A stretch of 64,000 nt of DNA from Fimicolochytrium jonesii. Taxonomy: Eukaryota. The notes beneath the pieces were generated by a model, which worked only from the letters and a program-made list of their open reading frames with translations, made no database searches and was not told where the DNA came from. The DNA lies in the NCBI RefSeq assembly GCF_025526975.1, contig NW_026515674.1:62001-126000 (forward strand), written 5' to 3'. The position numbers and the translations under genes were made by a program. Each line of letters opens with the position of its first letter. The stretch's first letter is position 1. This document shows, piece by piece, positions 9,806 through 19,654 of the stretch.

Positions 9806-12800
9806 AGTTTCCCAGGGCCGCCGGCAAGCCTCTGGGACACCATTTGGGCCGTCCTCCCGACCCCGACTCCGCGCCGCGCCAGATCCTCAAGCGTGCCGCT
9901 CCCCTGCCGGCAGCGGGGCGCGAAACCAAGAAAGTCCGCTTTGCGCTCGACACGCCAACCACCTCGAACCCCCTAGTCCCCCAGAACCCATCCCGCGTAC
10001 ACATGAACCTCAGCCCAGTGCCCAAGACTCCGTTGCTCTCAGTGCACAAGACCTCCCCCTCCGTTGAACCCCCTCCCATGGATCCCACCCCCTCAGTGCA
10101 GAGAACCCCCGCACCCGACCCCACCCACCCCGAACCCACGCCACCGGCGATCCTGCACACCCGACGATGCGTGGACCCGGCCGCGTTTGCTACGGCCTTC
10201 CCTGCGCGAATCCCAACCCAGTCCAACCCCAACCTCGAACCCGTCCGTGCGCGCGGGGTTTCCTCCCCAACACCGGGCGGCAACCACGACCCGGCGTTGC
10301 AGATGGCTCTCACTCACGTCCGGCGGCACATCTCCGACATTGGTGGCACACTCGACGACCGGCAGGAACAGGCACTGTTCGCACAGCTTTGTATCCACTC
10401 CAAGAAGTGCTCAGATGGACCGCTCATCACCAACGCGAGGCTCACCGTCTCCGCGACCATCACGGGCATTCCCGCCACAGTCTTGCTGGACACCGGGTGC
10501 AGCTCCTACATCATGAGTGACCGCTTCGTCAAACGCCACCGCTTCCGCACCCGACCGTCGCGGGTGGAACTACAGTACGCGGCCCGCGACTCCAAGGGAT
10601 CCGCCACATCATACGTCGTTGAAGACATTGTCATCAACGGCTGGGCGCGGAAGCTACCGTGGCTCGTCGCCAACATTCGGCCCGACGAGATCATTGGCCT
10701 TCCTTGGTTTCTGGAAGTGTCACCGGCTTTCATCACGACGGGTCCGCGAGTGTCCTTGGCCATCAACGAACCTGAGCACGGTGCACGGCACCTGATTCCA
10801 ACGCATGCGTTCATCGACATTCCCACCCCTTCCCGCCCGGTGGTGCGGCCCAAGCCGGTGCCCATCCACGCAGCGTCCGGCCACGACTCGGGCTATGAGA
10901 GCGACGAAATGCCCATGTCCCACCACCAGCTCCGCCGAGCTCTACGGAAGGGCGCCGCGCCCATCGCGGCCGTCACCGTCGAGTGCGATTACAAGCCGGC
11001 GGAGGGAGTACCGGCCCCTGCCCCACCTCCAGAACCCCCTCCCCTCGACGGAGTCCATGAGTACGTCAGAGACATCGTTGAAAAACATGCTGGGGTATTC
11101 TCGCCGAACGAGCGTGTGGTGCCCGGCATCGAACACGCCATCCCCGTCACGCCACACGTCAAACCTACGTACTCCTGCGTATACCACATGTCGCCGGCCG
11201 AACTGACGGAGCTCCAAGACCGCCTGAAACTGCTTCTAGACCGGAAGTGGATCGAGCCATCTTCCAGCCCATGGGGAGCGCCAGTGCTCTTCGTCCGCAA
11301 GAAGTGCGGGGGCCTACGCTTCTGCATTGATTACCGCGGCCTCAACCGAGTCACCATCCCGGACCGAACACCGATCCCTCATCTGTCTGAGATGCGCGAC
11401 CGCTTGAAGGGAGCCACGAAATTCAGCACGGTAGACATCATCGACGCCTATCACAAGATCGCGGTTGCGGTGGCGGATCGGCCCAAGACGGCATTTCAGA
11501 CCAGATTCGGCCACTTCCAGTGGCGGGTCTTGCCAATGGGACTTTGCAATGCGCCGGCTACCTGGACCAGGTACATGAATACGCTGTTCGCGGACCTCCT
11601 CGATCAAGGGCTCGTGGTGTATATGAACGACCTGCTCATCTACTCCAGGGACGACGAAGTCCACCGCCGCCTTTCCGACGAGGTGTTGCGCCGCCTGGCA
11701 GCCAATGGCCTCTCTGCCAAGCTCTCGAAGTGCCACTTTTTCAAGGAAACGGCCCTGTTCTGCGGCTTTGTCGTTTCCCGGGACGGCCTCTCCCTGGACC
11801 CGGAGAAGACTGCCGCCGTCACGGGCTGGCCCAAGCCCTTCGACCGAGCCGAGTTATGCCAATTCTTGGGGTTTACGAACTACTTGTCGGGAAACGTTCA
11901 CAACTACGCCGAGCGCGCCCTACCGCTGACCCGCCTGCTTGCCAAGACCGTGGACTTCAAGTGGACGACGCACGAGGCCGCCGCCTTCGACAATATCAAA
12001 GCCGCCATCTCCTCCGCTCCCGTTCTGCATTGGTACGACGCCCAGCGGCCCATCTTCTTACAGATCGATGCGAGCGGGTACGCGATCGGGGCCTGCCTCC
12101 TGCAACCGCCGCCGGGGGCCAAGGTGGACGAGGCACAGGAGTGGGACATGCTCCTTCCCCAGCTGCGTCCGGTGGCGTTTTGGAGCAAGAAGCTGCTCCC
12201 TTATCAAACGCGATATGGGACCCACGAACGAGAGCTGCTCGGGCTCGTCGACTCCATCAAGGCGCTGTCCCCTCACCTCCGCGGCCGGGAATTCTTTGCG
12301 CTCACGGACCACAAATCGCTCACGTGGCTGGGCTCCCAACCGCACTTGTCACGACGTCAAGCCGCGTGGGTAGAGGCACTACAGGAGTACAAAGTGAAGA
12401 TCCTTTATGTACCAGGCGAAAGCAACCTCCTTGCGGACCTCCTTTCCAGACGCCCGGACTACGCTCCCCGGTGCGTGAGCTGTCACGCCCGTGCCCAGGT
12501 GTCCGCGATCACCCTGAACACCAGCACTGATCTGCACGAACACGTGGCCTCCCTGCTTACACATGACGACTACGCGCAATCGATCATCGACGCGCTGCAG
12601 AAGCCGGAGAAGGCCCGGAGCCACGAGGAAAGGAAGTACACCCTTGTCGACGGTCTCCTGTACTACGACGGTCGCCTATATATCCCAGCTGGACGTTTGA
12701 GAGACCAGCTCCTCTTCGACGCGCATTCGGCGGATGCAGCGGCACATCCCGGGTGGTTCCGCACGTGGGAGAGACTGGTGCGGCACTTCCACTGGCCCTG

Positions 12801-14153
12801 TCTCGAACAATCGGTCAAGCAATTCGTTCAAGGCTGCGATGCGTGCCTCCATATCAAGACGTCCCGCTGCAAACGGGGTCTCACTACACCGTTGCCCGTA
12901 CCCGAGGGGCGCTGGAGCGATATCACCATGGACTTCGCGTTCATGCCCCCAGATCACCTCGGCCGGGACTTGTGCGCATTCTGGGTTGATTGCATGACCA
13001 AGCGCCTGCACATGGCGGCCACGTATCGGACAGTCACAGCGGAGGACTTCGGGCGACTGTTTGTGGATAACATCGTTCGGCTACACGGTCTACCCACCAC
13101 CATCGTTACCGACCGCGACAGCAAGTTTACTTCGGTGATGTGGCGCACGATCGCGGACTCCCTGGGCTTCCAAACCGCCATCGCGACCACCAACCACCAG
13201 CAAACCGACGGCCAAACCGAACGAGCCATTCAGACCGTCAAGCAGATGATGGCGGCGAACCCGGACCTCACGGGGCGGTTGTGGTCACAACACCTTTCCG
13301 CGCTCGAGTTTGCGTATAACGACACCATCAACGCCACCACCGGGATGACACCATTTGAGGCGGACCTCGGATTCCACCCTCAGACCCCCCGCAACATGAA
13401 CCTGCAGGACAGAGAATCGGGCGCCCACACCAGAGCCGAAGACTGGCCCAGGCGGATGGGAGATCTCGTCACTCTCATCAAAGAACGCATCTGGGAAGGC
13501 CAGGAGCGCTTCGCTCGCTATGCGGATGCGAAGCGCCTGCCTCAGTGCCAAAGCTCCTGCCGGGCGCTCACGTTCTAGTCCACCGGTACGCCCTCGCCGT
13601 ACCAGAATATAAGGACCTTCCCGACTCAAGCCTGAAGATACTGCCACAATTCCTCGGCCCCTTCCCCATCGTCCGGCTGGGCCCAACCCCAAATACGTAC
13701 ACTTTACAACTCCCTCGGAACCTCTCCCGCCAACACCCGACGTTCCATGCGGACGTTCTTCGCCTATACTCCGCCACACCTCCTACGTACACGGTCTCCG
13801 TTGATGGCCACACCTACGCTGAAGTCCTGCGGGAACGCAAACTACACCGCCGCACCTGGTATCTCGCGCAACGGAGTGGAGCAGATTGGGTCCTCGAGGG
13901 CGCCCTCCGCGGATCGTTAGCCCTCCTCGCTTACCAAAACCACTGGCCGACGAGAACCACCGCGCCCACCCACGACCCGCTCCCGTTTCCCCCACCACAA
14001 CACTCCGAGCCCGATCCCGGCACCGTCGACGCCTTCCTGAGCACGGTACTCCAAAGCGTGGAGGAGCGACAACTAGGGCCACCCCTGCAAGGGAACAACA
14101 ATGATCTCGACACACGCCCGGCCTCTAGCGCCCCCACTTCCACGGAAGCCTAG
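9796..14153 (+). pseudogene. pol: Retrotransposon Pol (protease-RT-RNase H-integrase-GPY/F-degenerate chromodomain), expressed by -1 frameshift, disabled
   Basis: LLDTGCS protease; SSSPWGAPVLFVRKK and LRFCIDYRGLN RT motifs; YMND instead of YxDD; IDASGYAIG/HERELL/TDHKSL RNase H; HHCC and D-D-E integrase (ITMDF, IVTDRD, GQTER). A frame break near 13540-13545 precedes GPF...HPTFH. Confidence 0.92.
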
Positions 14154-14304
14154 CTATGCCCGGCCTCGAGGACCGCGACGACACCTCAGATAGCCTTCCC
14201 TTCCCTTTCCTTTTTTTTTTTTTCTTTTCTTGTGTTCTCTTTCTGACTTCGCTTCCTTCACCCCGGGCCTTCGCTATGAAAACACCTTCGTGTTTTGTGG
14301 GGGA

Positions 14305-14447
14305 TGTGAGAGATCCCGTGCCACAACACGTGACCGTAGCTAGTTTATCTCGGACCTACCCCTTTTCTTCACCGCTGCGGTGAACTCGTTTTCTTGTTGG
14401 GGAGTCATAAATACCATTCTTCGCCGTTGCTATCGTTTTCCATTGCA
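14305..14447 (+). repeat. 3' LTR (143 bp)
   Basis: Identical to the 5' LTR, followed by TSD GTAAG. Confidence 0.98.
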
Positions 14448-15825
14448 GTAAGGAGAGGTAATAACGCGTCTTTTTCTCGAATTTACGCGCTTGTCATCTA
14501 TTAGCCCCTGGCGCACGCCGTCCTTCGCTCGGGTTCCAATGCCTTCATCCCCCCTCGTGAAATGGAACCTTAAATCCGAACGGCCTCTTCTCTCTAAGAG
14601 CGCTAGGGAGGCAAGTTGGCTCCCCAATCAGGCGGACCCCAACTCGGCAAGGGGATGGAGTTTCCATGTCGATGGCTTTCGTGAGCATCTAGTTGCTCTG
14701 ATTCCGGATGCACGACAAACGCGTCGGAGCATAATCCATGGGCCCCTTATGGCACCAGGCCGGTACCGTGGACCCTTGCAAATTCGGAACCCCCGCCTCT
14801 TCTCCCCCTGCCCCAGTCTGAGTCCGACTCAGTCTCCTTCTCCTACTCCTCCACTTCTACTCCAGAAGTTTTCCCCTCCCACTTCTACTCCAATTGCACC
14901 ACTCTTTGTATGTCCTCCAATCAAGAGAGCTCAGCTAATCTCCAACCGGGCGTTCGGGTGCTGTTCTCCGTAACTCAGCACTGCCGCTTGGGAAGAAGAG
15001 TGTTCTCGGTCCGCTGGTTGATGCAGAGGCCAGTGCACATCATACTGGGCAAGAGAAAGATCGCTTGCGGTGAGGTATCAGTGCTCGCTCGAGGCTATTG
15101 CAGCCCTGTTTATGCCCTCTGGGTGCTTTTGCGGACGGTCCGGCGGAGTGTGCAAAACGCGTGGTAACATAAGCAAACGCGTCAACCCTTCCCCGTCGCC
15201 TTATCTTTTGCCCCACGACTTGCCCTTGACCCTCCTCGGCCCCGGCTGCAACCCTTTCCCTCCATAAAAACCCCTTCCAACTGGCTCTCTTCCTCCCTCT
15301 CTCCAGAACTCTGCTCCACTTCTTGCATTTAGCCGAGGTACGAGGGACGAGGTAGGTGTCTCCAAAGGTCAGTGCGCGTAAAGTCGCATGAATTCACAGT
15401 TGCGGGTGTACCCTATTTAGGTCGCTCACTGGTCAAGCATCAGGAAGAGGTATCTGTGCTCTGGGCAACTTAGGATGAGTGGCCGGTGCCAAGTAGGTCA
15501 ATTCGGAAATCCACATCTCAGCTAATGGAAAGAATGGCAGGCACACGTCTCATTTGTACAGAAAAGGACTCAACTCGTGGTCCGCTTGGGTGGTTCTTTC
15601 GCGCATGAAGCACGCGTTGAGGGACCGGTTGTCCTGAAACTCTTAAATCCAGGCTGAGGACGGCTCACTAAAACGTCACCGTGCAGGTTGATAAGGGCAA
15701 AACCAGCGAGTATGCTCGTCTGTTTTTTCGGTTTTCCAATTATTCTGCAAAAGGTACAGTATATCCTACATAGGGGGTATCCTACATCACTGGGTACGGA
15801 AGGAATGTGCATGTAGGGAAGCCCG

Positions 15826-18800
15826 CTACCCTCCCCACCCCACATCCCCATCATTATCCCACCCCTCCCCGGCCCCGGTTCCGGAAGCGCTGCCCGAACT
15901 CAACGACCGAACCCTCGACCTTGCCCCCCTCTGCAGCGGATCCAACGGAGCTCCCTGCTCCGCTATCCTCTCACCCTCCTCTGCCGCCGATGTCGTTGAT
16001 TGCGCCAAAGCAGAAGCCGACCCAATCCACGGCACAGCCCCCACCGCGGAACTCGCACTACTTGCCGCAGTGCTATTCGCAATCCCGCTCAAATTGTTCA
16101 GACTACTCGTGAGCGGTAACCCCCCACGGAGTTTACGAGCGCGGGCGATCCCGCGTGCTGACGGGGTTGGGGAGGGTGAGGGGGCGGGGGAGTTGGATGC
16201 TGATGGGGGGTTTAGATGCGTGAAGGGGTGTTGGTTGGGAGAGAGGTACTGCGAGGGTGCTGATGATGACGATGGTGGTGCGGGCGGGGGGTAGTGTGTT
16301 GTTTTATCGCTGGTTGAGGTGAGGATGAGCGGGATCGTGCCCGCGCCCTCCTCATCCCTTCCTCCAAACTCGAACGATTCGGTTGAGGAGGACGGGGATA
16401 ACTGCCCCGGGTTCATCCGTGATGTTGAGTTGTTTGACCCCTGCCTTGCCATCCCAGCGCCCCAATTCCATATCGAGGAGACGATATCATTTCCATCTCC
16501 CGCGGCATCCGCCTGTTGGGCCAGACTATGCTGTTCCTCACCGTAAAGGGCAAACAGGATATCCTTCTTGGTGATAATCCCCTTCAACTGCCCCATATGC
16601 AGCACAAGCACGTACCGCGGGCCCATCTTTTTGAACAGGTCCATGACGACTTCGATGGGGACCAGGGGGTGCACGTACAACGGCTCGCGGTCGAGGGGTA
16701 GTACCAACTGCCGCGCGCCGTCGCGGGTTTGGCGAAACATGTTGTGCTGTGATGGCCCACGGGTATGTCGCCACGTCACCCCGGGGGTCGTAGGCGTGAG
16801 TGTGTTCCGCCGTGCAGAGGTCGGGGAGCCAGGGTCGTCGAAGACGACCGCGGCTGTGGGTTCAATAGAATGTTGCGCGTGGGCTTTTTCCAGGGAGGAT
16901 TTGAGGTCTTCGCGCGGGATGTAGCCGATGAAGGTTGAGTCGTCCATGGAGCGAATGACGGGGAACCCTTTGTATTGCGCCTGTTTGACGGCCTCGTCGA
17001 CGTCGGCGACTTTCATGCCCTTGTCGACGAAACAGATCAGTTCATCTAACGGTGTCATGACTTCCGACGCGGTGAGGCCGACGACGGTGTCCTCGCGCGG
17101 GTCGAGGAAGGGGTATTTGTTGAGATGGATTTGCATCTCGACGAAGCCACCTTTGCCGAGGATGTCGCCAACGATTTTGGCCGTCATGAGGGTTACCATG
17201 CACGGGACGATGTAGTGCAGCGTTCCCGTGAGTTCGAACATGACGACGGTGAGGGAGAGGGTCATGCGGGTTGTTCCGCCGAGTGCGCCGATCGCGCCGA
17301 GGAGGGCGTACATCCCCGGTGTGACGCAGGGGATGTCCGGCTGAGCTTTACACGCGGTGAAGAGGAAACTGTCCGGGTAAGTTTCCTGCCATGACTGGAC
17401 AGCCAAGCCCAGTAGCCGGCCAAACAGACCGCCCCAGACCATGGAGGGGATGAAGATACCGGCCGGGACCTTGACGCCGAACGTGACGATGGTGAGCACG
17501 ATGCGCATGAGCAAGGCCATGATCAGCGACGCGACGACGAACCCGCGTCGGTCGCGACTGCACACACCGTGGAAATCCGTCTCCTCGCATTCACGGAACA
17601 GGCCTTCGAGGAGGTCGGAGCTGTCGACGCGGGTGAAGATGTTGAAGTAACAGAAGGCGGCTGTTACGGCTGAGATGACCGTGGCTTCGTAGACCGGGTG
17701 CGCTTTTAGCCATGAGGTTTTGCGGAAAACCTGGATCTTCCGGTTCACCGTGATGAGCAGCGCGCCGGCCAGCCCTCCAAACACGCCCAGCACCACTCCA
17801 AAGAGGATATCGAAGAAATGGTATGGGCGGGAGTAGGAGACTTGGTACAGAACGCGTTTCCCTCTATATGGATCCATGAGCTGCAGCGTGACGGTCGAGA
17901 CGAGCGCACAAAAGAAGCTCCGCACCATCGTTTTCGCGGGAAAGAAGGAGCTCAGTTCTTCGAGGGAGAAGAGAACGCCGCCTATTGGCGCACCAAACGC
18001 GACGGCTACTCCCGCTCCTGATGCAGCAGACAAGATCTCTCGCTTCCGCGCCTCGTTTTTCCAGTATTTTGGGAAGAGCCGCGGAAAGACGTTTGCGATG
18101 CAGCACGCGACGTGGATCATCGGTCCTTCTTTTCCCACAGCAAGTCCAGATGCCACCATCAATGGTAGTCCAATGGTTTTGATAACGAGCGTCCGGATTC
18201 CCAGAAACCCTTTGATGATGAACCCTCCCAAAATCGTCTTGACCTCAGCCGTCCCCGATCCCGCCGCGTACGGTGCCAGATTCACCACCATATATGAACA
18301 CACATTGGCAAACAGCGTCGAGAACGCGACATAGAACACCCAGTTGACAATGCCGACCCCCCTCGCTCCAAAAATCGCATAGCTCCAATCATTCCAATCC
18401 GGACACGAGCCATCCTCCTGCTTCGGCTGCTGCGTGCAGCAGATCGACTTGCTCATATGCCACTCGATCGTGCAATACCCGAACCGGATATCGCCCAGCC
18501 ACGCCGCGACGACATCGATCCACCCTGCTACGAAGCCGAGTGAGATGCCGATCATGGAGATGAGGATCCAGGATTGCGTCGCGTTGAAGAATTTGGAGGC
18601 CCATACGCTCGGCAGGGATTCGGATGGGTTGCGGCGGCGGTTGCGTTCACGGTTTTGGCGGCGGTAGTCACGCATTTGGTCTTTCATCCAATCGATGGTG
18701 GTGAAGTCTTCGTAAATCACTGGTTGGTCGTCTTCTACGTCGTCATCCCCTGGGTTTGCTCCTAGATCGATGCGGTCGCTGTCGTCTGTGAAGGAGGATG

Positions 18801-18978
18801 ATGGCAATGGTCCGGAAGACGAGGAACTGGTTGCGAACCGTACACCTTCTCTACTACCCGCCAGAGCACTTGCTGCCAGGCTGGCTGTTGAGGAGTTGGC
18901 TCGTGGTGGAACACCGCCTGCTTGTGGAATGTATGGCAGGCCGAACGGATGTGACGAGGCCGAGGAGGAGGACGCCAT
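15826..18978 (-). CDS. CLC-family chloride/proton transporter (Gef1/CLC-3-like) with CBS domains, apparently intronless
   Basis: YEDFTTIDW, GSGTAE, GKEGP (gating Glu), AFGAPIGGVLFSLEE (proton Glu), GVKVPAGIFIP, VVMFELTG, YPFLD, CBS-like C-terminal region, long low-complexity tail. Confidence 0.95.
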   Translation of the reverse strand: MASSSSASSHPFGLPYIPQAGGVPPRANSSTASLAASALAGSREGVRFATSSSSSGPLPSSSFTDDSDRIDLGANPGDDDVEDDQPVIYEDFTTIDWMKDQMRDYRRQNRERNRRRNPSESLPSVWASKFFNATQSWILISMIGISLGFVAGWIDVVAAWLGDIRFGYCTIEWHMSKSICCTQQPKQEDGSCPDWNDWSYAIFGARGVGIVNWVFYVAFSTLFANVCSYMVVNLAPYAAGSGTAEVKTILGGFIIKGFLGIRTLVIKTIGLPLMVASGLAVGKEGPMIHVACCIANVFPRLFPKYWKNEARKREILSAASGAGVAVAFGAPIGGVLFSLEELSSFFPAKTMVRSFFCALVSTVTLQLMDPYRGKRVLYQVSYSRPYHFFDILFGVVLGVFGGLAGALLITVNRKIQVFRKTSWLKAHPVYEATVISAVTAAFCYFNIFTRVDSSDLLEGLFRECEETDFHGVCSRDRRGFVVASLIMALLMRIVLTIVTFGVKVPAGIFIPSMVWGGLFGRLLGLAVQSWQETYPDSFLFTACKAQPDIPCVTPGMYALLGAIGALGGTTRMTLSLTVVMFELTGTLHYIVPCMVTLMTAKIVGDILGKGGFVEMQIHLNKYPFLDPREDTVVGLTASEVMTPLDELICFVDKGMKVADVDEAVKQAQYKGFPVIRSMDDSTFIGYIPREDLKSSLEKAHAQHSIEPTAAVVFDDPGSPTSARRNTLTPTTPGVTWRHTRGPSQHNMFRQTRDGARQLVLPLDREPLYVHPLVPIEVVMDLFKKMGPRYVLVLHMGQLKGIITKKDILFALYGEEQHSLAQQADAAGDGNDIVSSIWNWGAGMARQGSNNSTSRMNPGQLSPSSSTESFEFGGRDEEGAGTIPLILTSTSDKTTHYPPPAPPSSSSAPSQYLSPNQHPFTHLNPPSASNSPAPSPSPTPSARGIARARKLRGGLPLTSSLNNLSGIANSTAASSASSAVGAVPWIGSASALAQSTTSAAEEGERIAEQGAPLDPLQRGARSRVRSLSSGSASGTGAGEGWDNDGDVGWGG

Positions 18979-19654
18979 TGCTCAAGGTGTTAACTGAATT
19001 CCAGCGTTTCTACGTAGCGTTGACGGGTTCTCCGCTGAACACAGCGTTGCTATATGGCGGCTCTAGGTATTGAGCCTCTCTATCTAACTATAAATATGTA
19101 TGGTATTCACAGATGTCGGCCAGCGTTGCGCGTGTGGAGAGCGCCGGTGGTTGAGCGATTATGGTATCACGGAGAGCGCAGGGACAGCAGCGGGGAGCAC
19201 CAGAAGCAGGAGCAGACGCATAGCAGCCCAGCGATATGAGGGTCTCTGTTTAAAAGTGGGGATGCTGAGGGGTTTCCGTGTGTGAGCGGCGGCGGGTAAG
19301 ATGTCGAACGCACGGCTCGAAAGTGGTTGCGAAACGACGGCCACCAACGTCGCAGCGAGAAGGCGAGAGACAGAACTGGAAGCCATTGCCTCTGCCATTT
19401 CCCCCCAGGAGCGAGCGAGCGAACAACCGCTTTGGATTTGAAAGGTAACAACCCCCTGTCCACCACCCACTCGCTTCCTACGTACGCTATCGACGAGGCA
19501 CACGGAAAAAAGCTAACCTTGCTTCCCCGCCCGTTAGGCCGAAGTTTGCCATTTCCGCTTCTTTCAACGGCAATCGCAGTTCTGGCGCTCACGCAAGGGC
19601 AGCTTGTAGACGACATACCCATCGAATATCCCCCACAGAAACAACAGCGCTGCA

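Larger units (their letters stand above)
7943..14447 (+). mobile_element. Full-length Ty3/Gypsy (chromovirus-like) LTR retrotransposon, 6505 bp, probably non-autonomous
   Basis: Two identical 143-bp TG...CA LTRs, 5-bp TSD GTAAG (7938-7942 and 14448-14452), PBS TGGTAGCACC at 8086, short purine tract GGGGGA before the 3' LTR, gag plus pol in PR-RT-RH-IN order. Confidence 0.98.

Noticed and set aside
14790..15330. Pyrimidine-rich CCACTTCTACTCCA-type repeats after the 3' LTR
   Set aside because: Low-complexity sequence with no regular period or element boundaries; not CRISPR-like.
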